DNA of 64,000 nucleotides from Eledone cirrhosa. Its lineage: Eukaryota. The notes beneath the pieces were generated by a model, which did not search any database, was not told the DNA's origin, and was given only the letters and a program-made list of their open reading frames with translations. The position numbers were made by a program, and so were the translations under genes. The stretch lies in the NCBI GenBank assembly GCA_964016885.1, contig OZ024750.1:29264001-29328000 (forward strand), given 5' to 3'. This document shows, one piece after another, positions 52,480 to 61,477 of the stretch (the first letter of the stretch is position 1; each line of letters opens with the position of its first letter).

Positions 52480-53037
52480 CGACGATGATAATGATGGTGA
52501 TGATGACGGTGTCATGGAATTGCTCAAGTGTTATGTTCCCTTGTTTTTCCATGATCAAATATCAGCCATACCATAACTATAGAGAAACTTTTTTTGAAGT
52601 AAAACTTGTCATAGTAACCTTGTCATAGTAAAACTTGTCATAGTAAAACATGTCATAGTAACCTTGTTATAGTAAACATGTCATAGTAACCTTGTTATAG
52701 TAAAACATGCCATAGTAACCTTGTTATAGTAAAACATGCCATAGTAACCTTGTTATAGTAAAACATGTCATAATAAACATATCATAGTAAACATGTCATA
52801 GTAACCTTGTTATAGTAAACATGTCATACTAAACATGTCATAGTAAAATTAGTCATAGTAAACATGTCATAGTAAAACTAGTCGTAGTAAAACTTGTCAT
52901 AGTAAAACATGTCATAGTAAAAGTATCATTAAAACTGTTGGCAGAGTGAAGAGATGTTATGTTATTACCTGTTCTTTGGTCTCAAAATCAGTGTTTGATT
53001 CGGCTTCGTTTTTAATATTTTCATTTTGAAGAGACAT
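17402..53037 (-). CDS. FAM228B: FAM228-family protein gene (spliced; exons listed separately), about 390-415 aa depending on terminal exon
   Basis: Phase-compatible GT-AG exons join into ...YDMKR|ELESKL...[13 protein letters not shown]...YLEYVNKK|[13 protein letters not shown]...|[10 protein letters not shown]...TGKFY...[14 protein letters not shown]. This matches recalled FAM228 motifs (YKRW...V..PL; VNKKGNAFIEHYDPKEY; RDPL). Identification is from memory, not a search. Confidence 0.8.
18300..18975 (+). mobile_element. Penelope-like retroelement RT fragment, decayed
   Basis: Translated pieces [41 protein letters not shown] resemble the RT N-terminal region of marine invertebrate Penelope/GIY-YIG elements. 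Confidence 0.6.
19215..19555 (+). mobile_element. tRNA-derived CORE-type SINE, young subfamily
   Basis: A box TGGCTTAGTGG, B box GAGTTCAATTC, CORE-like CCTTGAGCAAGACACTTTA...GCTGTAGAAATG, (AAATG)n tail. Confidence 0.88.
20735..20804 (-). CDS. FAM228B: Candidate terminal exon 1 of FAM228-like gene, (I)[22 protein letters not shown]
   Basis: ttttccttcttttctgacaaag| acceptor, phase-2 compatible, TAA at 20737-20735, AATAAA on the minus strand at ~20190. Confidence 0.45.
21710..21942 (-). CDS. FAM228B: FAM228-like conserved exon [10 protein letters not shown]...STPRAIS
   Basis: tattgcag| ... AT|gtgagt, 233 nt, phase 0-2 (ORF 21706..21960). Confidence 0.85.
21984..22201. mobile_element. Tc1/mariner-type MITE
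   Basis: TIRs GGTGAGCATAAAGTCTTTCCCT / AGGGAAATACTTTATGCTCACCCTG-TA. Confidence 0.65.
22347..22616 (+). mobile_element. Second CORE-type SINE family (CCCTGCGATGGACTGG body, CAGACTTTAG tail)
   Basis: tRNA-like head plus CORE; other copies at ~29728-30150 (+), 54690-55000 (-), 56110-56385 (+). Confidence 0.75.
23215..23625. repeat. Minisatellite, 35/39-bp units
   Basis: GAAATGACCAGTC(AGTC)TACCTCTGGGTGTAGAACAGTT. Confidence 0.9.
24085..24668. repeat. Minisatellite, ~13-bp unit ACAACAGRGGGTT
   Basis: Direct reading; explains ORFs 24009..24407 and 24394..24672. Confidence 0.92.
24786..24863 (-). CDS. FAM228B: FAM228-like conserved exon [26 protein letters not shown]
   Basis: tttctatttccttccag| ... 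AAG|gtgagc, 78 nt, phase 0-0. Confidence 0.88.
24915..25282 (-). mobile_element. CORE-type SINE, young subfamily, 5'-truncated
   Basis: Near-identical to the 19215 copy in reverse. Confidence 0.88.
25760..26000 (+). mobile_element. 3' end of an RTE/RTE-X-like LINE
   Basis: [47 protein letters not shown]...RDGWRKRV* followed by a (TGA)n tail. Confidence 0.8.
27218..27635 (-). mobile_element. 3' end of an RTE-clade LINE
   Basis: [10 protein letters not shown]...[29 protein letters not shown]...GRRPR with a (GAA)n tail; a related fragment lies at 51380-51600. Confidence 0.8.
28450..28676. mobile_element. piggyBac-type MITE (TTAA-CCCTT termini)
   Basis: TTAACCCTTTAGCATT...AAGGGTTAA; other copies at 35458-36283 (interrupted), 36280-36506 and 43696-44418. 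Confidence 0.75.
28793..28990 (-). CDS. FAM228B: FAM228-like conserved exon ELESKLQ...[12 protein letters not shown]...YLEYVNKK
   Basis: ttttctccctgctaccag| ... AAG|gtcaga, 198 nt, open (ORF 28769..29011). Confidence 0.88.
28994..29302. repeat. Minisatellite, 31-bp unit abutting a splice acceptor
   Basis: GTAGCAGGGAGAAAACAAACTATTGTTTATA, about 10 copies. Confidence 0.95.
29438..29680. repeat. Minisatellite, 18-bp unit
   Basis: TTATCTACCAGATGTAA(C/T). Confidence 0.92.
30313..30530 (+). mobile_element. Meta-type SINE
   Basis: Full head-to-tail match to the family. Confidence 0.85.
30817..30896 (-). ncRNA. Degenerate type I hammerhead ribozyme motif (mirror copy)
   Basis: Minus strand AATTATTTCGT-CTGATGA-ACAGGCTGGACGTTTCT-GTA-AGAATCGTCTAGTTTCTT-GAAA-TTTTCAG-TA-ATGGAATAATT. 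Confidence 0.6.
30919..30998 (+). ncRNA. Degenerate type I hammerhead ribozyme motif
   Basis: AATTATTTTGT-CTGACGA (30930-36)-imperfect stem II-GAAA (30975-78)-CCTTCGC-TA-ATGGAATAATT; stem I pairs over 11 bp with G-U pairs; stem III decayed. Confidence 0.6.
31063..31405 (+). mobile_element. CORE-type SINE, young subfamily
   Basis: Near-identical to the 19215 copy. Confidence 0.88.
31448..31518 (-). ncRNA. Minimal type I hammerhead ribozyme motif (mirror copy)
   Basis: Reverse complement of the left palindrome arm: TATTTTAT-CTGATGA-stem II-GAAA-TGCGCA-TA-ATAAAATA, with a perfectly palindromic stem III ATGCGCAT. Confidence 0.82.
31556..31626 (+). ncRNA. Minimal type I hammerhead ribozyme motif
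   Basis: Stem I TATTTTAT (31556-63) / ATAAAATA (31619-26); CTGATGA core (31564-70); 16-bp stem II with CCAT loop (31571-31606); GAAA (31607-10); near-palindromic stem III A-TGTGCA-T; UA cleavage site at 31617-18. Confidence 0.8.
32498..33042. repeat. Minisatellite, 42-bp unit
   Basis: ATGGGGTAATATGACCCGACATCTAGTATAACCTCAGATCAAACT-like units. Confidence 0.92.
33308..33379 (-). CDS. FAM228B: FAM228-like exon [24 protein letters not shown]
   Basis: Strong acceptor ttttcttttcattctttcag|, donor AGG|gtaaaa, 72 nt, phase 0-0, joins in frame to the conserved ELESKL exon. Confidence 0.75.
33505..34595. repeat. Two adjacent minisatellites (~49-bp degenerate unit, then 30/34-bp unit)
   Basis: CACAAGATGTCCATTGATCTGGAGG... 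then TCAACTGTCAGGTCACCAGATCAATATATCT(AT)G. Confidence 0.9.
34605..35397 (-). mobile_element. Cluster of four Meta-type SINE copies
   Basis: Repeated ACTGGTACTTTATTTTATCGACCCC...GGATGAAAGGCAAAGTT motifs. Confidence 0.85.
35494..36082 (+). mobile_element. Chimeric SINE + transduced flank + SINE 3' half
   Basis: 35496-35987 is nearly identical to 58346-58843; 17-bp TSD ATTACTCTATATATACT (35477-93, 36083-99). Confidence 0.88.
36523..36630 (-). CDS. FAM228B: FAM228-like N-terminal paralogous exon [37 protein letters not shown]
   Basis: attattcattgaag| ... CAG|gtaaaa, 108 nt, open, phase 0-0; lies inside ORF 36511..36711. Confidence 0.6.
36661..37083 (-). mobile_element. 5'-truncated 3' end of a related L1/Tx1 LINE
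   Basis: [28 protein letters not shown] aligns with [28 protein letters not shown] of the long copy; tail CAATAAAGAAA. Confidence 0.85.
37098..37597. mobile_element. Three Meta-type SINE copies in -/+/- orientation, forming local inverted repeats
   Basis: 37098-37204 (-), 37210-37388 (+), 37385-37597 (-). Confidence 0.85.
37790..38165 (-). mobile_element. CORE-type SINE, young subfamily
   Basis: Reverse match to the 19215 copy. Confidence 0.85.
38420..39408. repeat. Compound (CCAA/CCAG)n microsatellite
   Basis: Direct reading; explains the QPTN/GWLV ORFs. Confidence 0.97.
39506..39640 (-). CDS. FAM228B: FAM228-like N-terminal paralogous exon [46 protein letters not shown]
   Basis: atttctaattaaag| ... 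AGG|gtaaaa, 135 nt, open, phase 0-0. Confidence 0.6.
40590..41040 (-). mobile_element. 3' end of an RTE-clade LINE
   Basis: Minus strand encodes LREKL...[39 protein letters not shown]; related fragments at ~12770-12950, ~25330-25710 and ~50350-50600. Confidence 0.7.
41880..42175. repeat. Minisatellite, 42-bp unit
   Basis: ATTTCTCCCTTCCAAATCTGAYRGTCAAAGACACAAGAAAAG, about 7 copies. Confidence 0.93.
42203..42304 (-). CDS. FAM228B: FAM228-like N-terminal paralogous exon [35 protein letters not shown]
   Basis: atttctcattaaaaaaccag| ... CTG|gtaaat, 102 nt, open, phase 0-0. Confidence 0.55.
42322..43260. repeat. Minisatellite, 32-bp unit
   Basis: ATAAATAACTGGTCATAACTACAGACCACTTC, with degenerate edge copies. 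Confidence 0.95.
43597..44400. repeat. Long inverted repeat, ~390-400-bp arms, 10-nt spacer
   Basis: 43597-43988 is the near-perfect reverse complement of 43999-44400. Confidence 0.95.
44588..44704 (-). CDS. FAM228B: FAM228-like N-terminal paralogous exon [40 protein letters not shown]
   Basis: atttctcattaaag| ... CAG|gtaaaa, 117 nt, open, phase 0-0. Confidence 0.6.
44940..49982 (-). mobile_element. L1/Tx1-clade non-LTR retrotransposon, both ends present, disrupted and internally deleted
   Basis: ORF1 remnants with CCHC knuckle [14 protein letters not shown]; APE endonuclease motifs (CLNVRG, ICE, VGDWN, YLDRFL, YSDH); RT motifs [35 protein letters not shown]; C-terminal CPRC...[10 protein letters not shown]; many stops and frameshifts; TSD GAGATAGATA at 44930-39 and 49983-92. 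Confidence 0.92.
52597..52925. repeat. Minisatellite, 14-15-bp unit
   Basis: TGTCATAGTAA(AACA/CCT). Confidence 0.9.
52969..53037 (-). CDS. FAM228B: FAM228-like first coding exon, [23 protein letters not shown]
   Basis: ACA-ATG start, 69 nt open, CAG|gtaata donor; upstream acceptor tttctttcag| at 53105/53106 implies a non-coding exon further upstream. Confidence 0.6.
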
Positions 53038-53499
53038 TGTTAGATTTAGAGCAGCAAATCTTTGTTTTTATAACAATTGAATGGGGCAGAAAACACCGTG
53101 TTTATCTGAAAGAAATAAAACAAAGTTGTTGAAAAATACATTTATTGATATCCATCTTGCTCAGATCTTTCAATATCATACGTTGTCACACTTCTTACAA
53201 TTCATCATCATTTACATCTATTTTAACATGATGGCATGGATTAATCTACCTATTGTAAAGTGGTTGGTGTTAGGAAGGACATCCAGCCATAGAAAGCTTG
53301 TCAAACAATGGGTTGAGAAAACCCTTCAGTTTGTGACAAAAGACATGACAACCTCTCTTGTGCATTTATAAGTGATGCAGATGCCACAGTCTGTTTGTGA
53401 GGTCAGTAGCTCCAGTTGAGGTCAGTAGACCCGTCTAACCCATGCTAGCAAGGAAAGCAGATGTTAAACTATGATGATGATTGTACAAAGAAAGAAACC

Positions 53500-53880
53500 C
53501 ATTGTTGATAACAGAATTATTAACTACTACACCAGACCACATGTTAAATATCTTGTGTTGACAACAGACCACATGTCAAATATCTCTTGTTGACATCGGA
53601 CATATCAAATATCCTGTGTTGACATCAGAAGTATGAGATACTACAACATACCAGATGTCAAATATCTTGTATTGATAACAGACCACATGTCAAATATCCC
53701 GTGTTGACATCAGAAGTATTAGCTACTACAAATTACCAGATGTCAAATATCTTGTATTGACAACAGACCACATGTCAAATATCCTGTGTTGACAACAGAC
53801 CACCTGTCAAATATTCTTTGTTGACATCAGAAGTAATCGCTACAATAACTAGATACATACCAAATATCCCGTGTTTATCA
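53500..53880. repeat. Degenerate minisatellite
   Basis: GTCAAATATCYYGTGTTGACA.CAGA units. Confidence 0.8.
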
Positions 53881-54282
53881 ATTCTCAAAGTGATAAATCA
53901 TACCCTACTATCTACTATATAAATGGCAATTTCTGTCTGTGTATCTGTGTACTGTATATAACCAGTTGGTGCCTACACCAGTGATCCAATCCTGATGAAA
54001 CTTTGCACACGTGTTAAGCTAATATTCAGAAACAGGACTGGCTAATTGGATTTCAATAAAAATCAATAATGGAACCCCTGGGAACATCTTTACAATAGAG
54101 GAGGAAAGAGAAGATGTTTCAGTGAGGGGGGAGGGAGAAGAGATACTACTACTATATGTTAAACCTTCCTTCCCACAACTCAGTCCTCCAAAACAAGGCA
54201 ACAACTTATTAGAAATGTACATAAAGAAATTTCAAACAAAGCAGACAACAATCTAATTTCGGTTGATGACTGAACAGATGTC

Positions 54283-54334
<52 letters not shown>

Positions 54335-55798
54335 ATCCACTGATATGGATTCTGAACACATGCACAAGCTTAGGTCACATTAAGGTCAACTGCAGGAATC
54401 GGTGAGAAGTTACAAAAAAGTGTGATGATCAATGACCTGGAAGTTGGCTTACTATGAGATTAGTCTGAAGAAAATAACCCAAATCATATGTTGACGAATA
54501 TTCGTACTCCTGGCATGTTAATGGTAACATGCAGTCTTGGAGAGTGGAGTTTATTTTGTCGATGTCAGCTTTATTACCCAAATAAATCTTTGTGTACAAA
54601 ATAAGTTTGTTTTTATTTATATTTATATGGCTTAATCAGAGGAGTTACAGTTATGTTCATAAACCTTCCCGAAGCTTCCTTTACTGGTCTAAAAGTCTAA
54701 AAAGAGTCTAAAGTCTGTTTCAAGCCTGGAGGCTCATCAAGCTGGTGCTTATCCTGGTTTCTGTGGTGTGAAGCTACTGAGAATACAAGACTCCTGCCTG
54801 GACAGGATGCCAGTCCATCATACTGTTAAAGCCCCAGCTACTGCTGGTACTCATTTTTTTTTTCAGCTTAGAATACTGGAACAACATGAAATGAAGTGTT
54901 TTGCTCAAGAATACAACACGCAACCCAGCCCAGGAATCGAACCCATGATATTATGATCATAAGTCCAACACCTTTAACACTAGGCCATGCGCCTCCACAT
55001 CCTCTACTGGTAGGACCACCAAATATCTGGCCTGAATGCTTGTAACAGAATGGACTCTATTAAAGTCACCAAAGTGACACGTTTTAGAGACATTGAACAA
55101 CAAATTAAGTCAACCACCCAAGTAACAGTTTGAGGTATCAAACTAATCAACACACGAGTCAATCAGTCAAACTCCTATGCCAAACACACACACACACACA
55201 CACAAAATGGTGGTGGAGGGAAGAAGAAATTAACCACTAATGAAATAAATTGATTTCTGAGATAGAAACAAGGTTTTGAGTTTAGGGGAAGAGAAAAATT
55301 GATTATAGTGGCCCCAGATAAAACATACGGAACAAATCAGGGAAAATCACAATACAAAACAATAAACCAATAACAACGCTTCTAAGCCATAGTTTGATCT
55401 GCTGGAAACAGGAATGAAATATCTTTCAAGTCACAGCCTCTGTTGATAACAGTATACAGTATGTCTGATAAAAGACAGGATGGTTGCAGCTAGAATGTTT
55501 TTTATTATAAGTCTTCTCGGTCGGAACAACCTGGGGCTAAATAGCAGCAGCAACAACAAAACAAAAACAAAACAACAACGACAACGAGAGAGAGAGAGAG
55601 AGAGAGATGATTATGTAGTTTAGTTCTAAAAAAATGTCTAAAGTCTGTCTCGAGCACGAAGGCTGGTCAGGCCGGTGCTTATCCTGGTTTCCATGGCGTT
55701 AAGCATCACACTCTACCGTCTTAGAAAATATAAAACACACTAGACAATGTTGTCCGAGGTACATAATATTTGATAAAAGACTGGGTGACTATTAAAAA

Positions 55799-56033
55799 TT
55801 ATTACGCCCGTCTCCGTGACGAGTATAAGAGTAATGTTTTTTTTTATTTGTTTTTACTTTTAAAGTTAGTTGCTTGATAAGTTTCGTTAGAAATTTAAAA
55901 ATGACGTTTTTTCTTCTTTCTATAAATCTTTGTTTTAAACGAATATGGCCTTCACAACCGTCATAAATTATTCGTTTTCTGTGGTTCCTTCATCTGAGAA
56001 CTCCCTAACATCTGCCGTGGAGACGGGTGTAAT
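55799..56033. mobile_element. MITE with ~19-bp TIRs
   Basis: TTATTACGCCCGTCTCCG ... TGGAGACGGGTGTAATAA. Confidence 0.6.
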
Positions 56034-56624
56034 AAACATTTACCAAAGATAGTATTGTTTCGACTGGAATGTCTCTAGTCTATGAAATTAAAGCTGGACC
56101 GGGGGTAAACCTCGCATGGTTAGGATGTTGGACTTATGGTCATAATGTCGTAGATTCGATTCCTGGATTTGGTTGTGTACCGTGTTCCTGAGCAAAACAA
56201 TTCATTTCCCGTTGCTCCAGTATACTCAGCTGAAAATGAGTACCAGCAATAGCTGGAGGTTCAACTCTGCGGTGGGCTGACGTCCTGTTCAGGGAAGTGT
56301 CTTGTATTCTTAGTCGCTTAAAGCCATGGAAACTGGGATAAGCACAACCCTGATGAGTCTCCTGGCCTGGGCCAGAGTATTGTTACGACTAAAATGCCTT
56401 CAGTCCATTAAATTAAAGAACTTAAAAGTTAAAACATTCGCTTGGGGAAATGATGGTTTCTTCTCTGAAGACCTACTGTCCAGCTCTACTGAGAGTTTCT
56501 TACCACTAAGCTGAGACGAAGGTAAACAAGAAAAAAAATTCGTCTATCAGGGATAAAAACCAATGTAGAAATCTTAAATTCTTGACTTAAAATAAATAAT
56601 TAGTTTGTGTAACATAATACTTAC

Positions 56625-56735
56625 ATAGGTATGTTTAATTTAAAGGCGTCCTAGAAGAATTTCTACCTTAAAAAACAAAGGAAATACATTGTCATTTAAC
56701 TGTGGCTGGTAATGCTTCTATGACAACGGTGTCAA
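56625..56735 (-). promoter_or_regulatory. Candidate non-coding first exon and RFX X-box-like promoter element of the FAM228-like gene
   Basis: Consensus donor |gtaagt at 56624-56619; GTTGTCATAGAAGC on the minus strand at 56727-56714 resembles an X-box. Confidence 0.4.
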
Positions 56736-57409
56736 ATAACATGTTGTTCTGTTGTTAATTATATCCGTATGAACGACAACTGAAATATGCAACGTAAACA
56801 AAGGTGGAGGAAAAAAGAGTGTTTTATACACACACACACACATGTACACAGAACACAGGTACACATAACACAATATGTACACACATACGTATATATACAA
56901 CACGGACACACAACACGCACACATAAACACACACACACATACACACCTCAACACAAAACACACAACAACAACAGCAATAACAACAAAGTATGTTAGTCAA
57001 CAAAATTTATGTCAAATCACTAACTTCGATTTATTGAGCACACAAACTATAATGGACCTCCGTCAGCTACGACGATGAGTGTTTCAATTTAAACAACTCA
57101 TAATTAGACAATAAACAATATTTGTTGTACAGTGGAAGTTTAAATAAAAAGAAAAGTTTGTCACCACCATCTCCACCACTGATCGCTCTCGCTCTCTCTC
57201 TCTCTCTTACACACACACAGAGGCAAAAAAATAACTTCACACACATAAACACATACAGAAATACACAAACACACACACTCATACGCACGCGCATACACAC
57301 ACGTACATAAACACAACCATACTATCTCTTTTCCATAAAAACGTGAAATAGTCTGACATTGGAAACACACACACATTATTTAATTATGTAAGTTTAGATA
57401 GTATATCTC

Positions 57410-57990
57410 AGCTGTGTCTCGTGGACAAAATGATAAAGGTATTGACACACTGAATAACCAGTGCATCAGCCACGCCACCTCACGAGACTTATTCTTCTTA
57501 AGAGATGCACTCCTCCAAATTTTTGCTGAGGAAAACAGCAGTTCGGGAACCGAGGACACCAGAGGTCTTTACAGTGACCGGCACGAAAAGGAAGGGGTCA
57601 ATCAAGTCCCGGTATTTGGCTATCTTCTCCTCCTCTCCGTGTTACAGGTGGCTGTGTTCGGGTTCGTGGCCGAAGCGACAATGTTCTAGAAGGAGAATAT
57701 GTCGCAGTAGGTGGCCTCCCATTTTAGAGATTCACTTTTTTTGAACGGGAAGAGGGTTATCTCATCTGGACGTTTAACATCACCACTGTCGACGCCAGCT
57801 TGCTCCAGATGTGATGGGAAACCAGCCGTGACAAGGCTCCAGATGTGATGGGAAACCAGCCGTGACAAGGCTCCAGATGTGAAAGGAAACCAGCCATGAA
57901 AAGACTACTTTTGACGACGCCGTTCAAGGCAGCGTGTCGAGAGATATTACTTGCATTCTTTCTAATAAAACCGTGGCATTTCCTCGAGGC
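57410..57990 (-). mobile_element. CRE-clade LINE fragment (restriction-like endonuclease domain)
   Basis: KRPDEITLFPFKKSESLKWEATYCD and EEEKIAKYRDL...FVPVTVKTSGVLG match the CRE-type RPD/WD/K..KY/VET.G pattern; related pieces at 51150-51400, 58140-58740 ([19 protein letters not shown]) and 59670-60060. Confidence 0.7.
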
Positions 57991-58199
57991 CTCTTTGAGT
58001 AGATTAATTATTGTTATCTCTGCACACTTATATTTTCAACAGATGTATATAATACAACACCTATATTTTCAACAGGTGTATATATATAATATACATATTT
58101 CGCTCTTCATATAACATGTATATTTTCAACAGGCCAACCGCAGGTGTGAGCCTAGCGAGATGAAATGGTTCTTCCAGCACATCCCCCTTACCATCCTCC

Positions 58200-58658
58200 C
58201 AGGGCCCGGATTTAGATTTGATGAGGCCCTAAGCTATTTGATATAATGGGGCCCTTTATATGTTATTAAAAAATGTTATAAAAACTGCAAAACGTTCAAT
58301 ATTAAAGCAGAAAACTGTTTAAAACTATTGCATTATTTTAGTTCTGGCGGTGGATTGGCAGTATCGGTAGAGGGTCGGACGCCATGCTTTCCAGCATAGT
58401 TACGTCCCTTTACGATCTGAGTTCAAATCCTGCCGAGGTTGACTTTACCTTTCATCCTTACGGGGTCGATAAAATAAAGTACCAGTAATGCACTAGGTAA
58501 TTGTTGGCCTTGTGCCTAAAGTAGAAACAATTATTTTAGTTCTTTTTTATCTTATATTTTGGAAATGTACACACCGTTTTTTTCAATTTTTTCGGGGCCC
58601 CAAGAAAGTGGGGGCCCTAAGCTATAGCTTGTTTAGCTTATACGTAAATCCCACTCTG
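58200..58658. mobile_element. hAT-type MITE with a nested SINE
   Basis: Imperfect TIRs CAGGGCCCGGATTT / AAATCCCACTCTG; 8-bp TSD CATCCTCC at 58192-99 and 58659-66. Confidence 0.8.
58346..58529 (+). mobile_element. tRNA-derived SINE with Meta-type domain, full length
   Basis: GGCGGTGGATTGGCAG head, B box GAGTTCAAATCC, CCTTTCATCCTTACGGGGTCGATAAAATAAAGTACCAG body; 14-bp TSD ATTATTTTAGTTCT (58332-45, 58530-43). Confidence 0.9.
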
Positions 58659-59149
58659 CATCCTCCGGGGAAACGCCTTCGCTATTCTGTCCGCCGAGGC
58701 CGTGGAGCGGCCAGCGCGTGGGATCCCATTTGTTCGTAAAAGTGAGATATGGGGAGGGCGAAAGAGATGGAGGCGATGACAGTGGGAGTTCTGACCTTGT
58801 GTATGTGTATGTTTACATCTATTCTTATGTGTGGAAGGCTGCCCAACAACGACGTCATGCTTATTAGATGCAGAGTTTGAGACATTCGAACGGATTTTGC
58901 CCTTTACAATCGACGGAGAGGAATAACAGATCTTTAAAAGAAAATTTCAAAGGATTGATTGTGGATTCACTGCCCCCATTCCACTGGAGACAACGCATGA
59001 ACGGAACCAACCTGGAACAATAATTGTATCACGCAATCACACACACAATTATACATTCCTCCTTAACTTACACTCGCAATTTTTCAAAAATAACAAAAAC
59101 AATAAAAAATAACTAAAAATGGCGAGGAACTGGCACTAGCTTCACAAGA

Positions 59150-59660
59150 AGAGATAACACATGACACCATACCATCTTATATTCTTCTTGTGACGCTAAA
59201 CTCCGCCAGTTGCAGACCACGCATCAACATGAGATATTTTTCTCCACAAAGTTCGATCACCACCAGCAGAGTTTAAAGAACAAAGATCAACTCCAGTCCA
59301 TAAGTTGACATTATCAAGCCATCATTTTGGCTGCCGTCCTCTGCTTCTCTTACCAGCCAACCTTCCTTCCAGGCATAACCTACTCACGCCACGAGTTGAT
59401 CTTTTTATATGGCCGTATAGTATGAGTACTCTTGACTTGACAATAGATGTAATTGGTCTAAGTTTGGTAATGTTGAGCAGCTCACTGATACAGATACGGT
59501 CGCTGAGCCTCTTGTCAGTCATAAGTCTCATGATGTGGTTCTGGAATGTAGAGTTTCTGAAGTGACCTTGTCATCTAATTAACACAGTCAAGACCATATA
59601 ACACAACTGGTAGGATGTAAGTATCAAAGATGGCTACACTCACAAACCACCACCTTTTCT
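59150..59660 (-). mobile_element. 3' end of an RTE-like LINE
   Basis: ILPVVLYGLDC...IVKSRVLILYGHIKR...LEGRLAGKRSRGRQPK. Confidence 0.7.
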
Positions 59661-60252
59661 TCGCCCTCTTTCTCTGGTCGAGCTGGCGCGTAAGCCTGTC
59701 TGAGGCCAGGCTGCACAGGATGGCATCCCAAATGCTTGGGGGGGGGGGGGGGGGGGGGCTTGAAATCAGCAGGGGGAGAAGGAGGAGGGACATCTACTGG
59801 GCTAAGTCCCAGCCGGTCCCACGTCTCACAGGCGGCCTCACGTTCCCCGATCACAGAGGGTTCCATTGTTTTGGAGAACCCTGCTGACGAGGACGTAGTA
59901 TGAGGTTATCGACGAAAGAAACGCCGGCAAAGCCAGCGAGATCAGTGACCATATCTAAGAGGTAAAGTGGCCTGTTGCCATCCAATGTCGTCAAACCTGA
60001 CGTTGCATATCTCCTCAGCTGCAGCTCGGATACAACTATCGAGGTCGGCGTGGTTGTACCATCGAGTTAACTTGGAGGCCGATTCCCGCTAGGGCAGGAA
60101 CCACCGATTGTAGGTCATGGCAGACGTCCATCCCTTTCACCTGCCTTTTGTTGTGATCGCAGATGTGTATTTTTTCTTTTTCTCTTTCTTTTCTTTTCTT
60201 TATTTTCTGTTTCCCCTCTCCCTTTTCTCTATATTATATTTGTTTGTGCAAT

Positions 60253-60470
60253 CGGTGAATTGGCAGTATCGGTAGAGGGTCGGACACCATGCTTTGCAGC
60301 AAAGAGTTACAGCCCTTTATGATCTGAGTTCAAATCCTGCCGAGGTTAACTTTGCCTTTCATCCTTACGAGGTCGATAAAATAAAGTACTAGTCACGCAC
60401 CGGGGTCGATTTAATCGACTTACCCCTCCCCCAAAATTGCTGGCCTTGTGTCTATATAAGAAACCGTTAT
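60253..60470 (+). mobile_element. Meta-type SINE
   Basis: Family motifs; older copies also at 62325-62745 and 52138-52248. Confidence 0.85.
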
Positions 60471-61073
60471 TATATCTCTTTTTAGATAACATATTTTTTT
60501 TGTATTCGTATTTTGTTCTTATTATGATCAAATATAAACACACAAAACAAAACAGACATACATACACACATCTGTATACTGTATATACTTTTCAACAGGT
60601 GTATATAATACATTAAGCTCTTAAAATAACTTCTAAACAAACTATTTTGTTTAGAAGTTGACACATGTTCTCACACGTCGCAAGATCGAATTAGTAACTT
60701 GATATTTCTTAATATTGTTTTCATTAAAATAAAGAGGGTTTTTTTAAATCTTAATAATCCCTTTCTCAACAACACTTTACACCTTTATGGGGCTTAATGG
60801 TGTCTCGTGTGTGTGTGTGTGTGTGTCTACGTGTGTATGTATGTATGTATGTATGTATGTATGTATGTATGTATGTATGTATGTATGAGTATGTCCATGT
60901 CTGTATGACTGTGTGTCCACATATGTATGTGTGTGTATATATATAGACCAACACGAAGCAGTCGGTCAAAGGTTGCCAAGCCCCATCCTCTTCCTCCAAA
61001 CCGTTAGCCTGTTCTGTATCACAGACGTACAGATAGTTCCCCAGGGATAAGTCTCTTTGTGGTTCCAACGGAC

Positions 61074-61197
<124 letters not shown>

Positions 61198-61463
61198 ACG
61201 TCACCCCAGCGGACAGTAATGGTGTTATATTAAAACAGACATGCCAACTCTCGAGACTCACCCTTGCGGGTAGCCAGCCAACTCCACCCTGATAGCTGTG
61301 AGTGGGGACCCAGAAAGTCAGAAGTTTCCACAAACGACAAAACTATCAGAAAATGATCGATACTTGAAACATAATATTATAATCCTTTTAATACACTGGG
61401 TAATTGCTGGCCTTGTAGAAACAATTATAATCCTTTAAATCTTGTAATAACAATTAGATCGTT

Positions 61464-61477
61464 GTTGTTATGACAAC
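61464..61477. promoter_or_regulatory. RFX X-box-like motif GTTGTTATGACAAC
   Basis: 14-bp imperfect palindrome fitting the GTTNYY-AT-RRNAAC X-box consensus. Confidence 0.4.
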
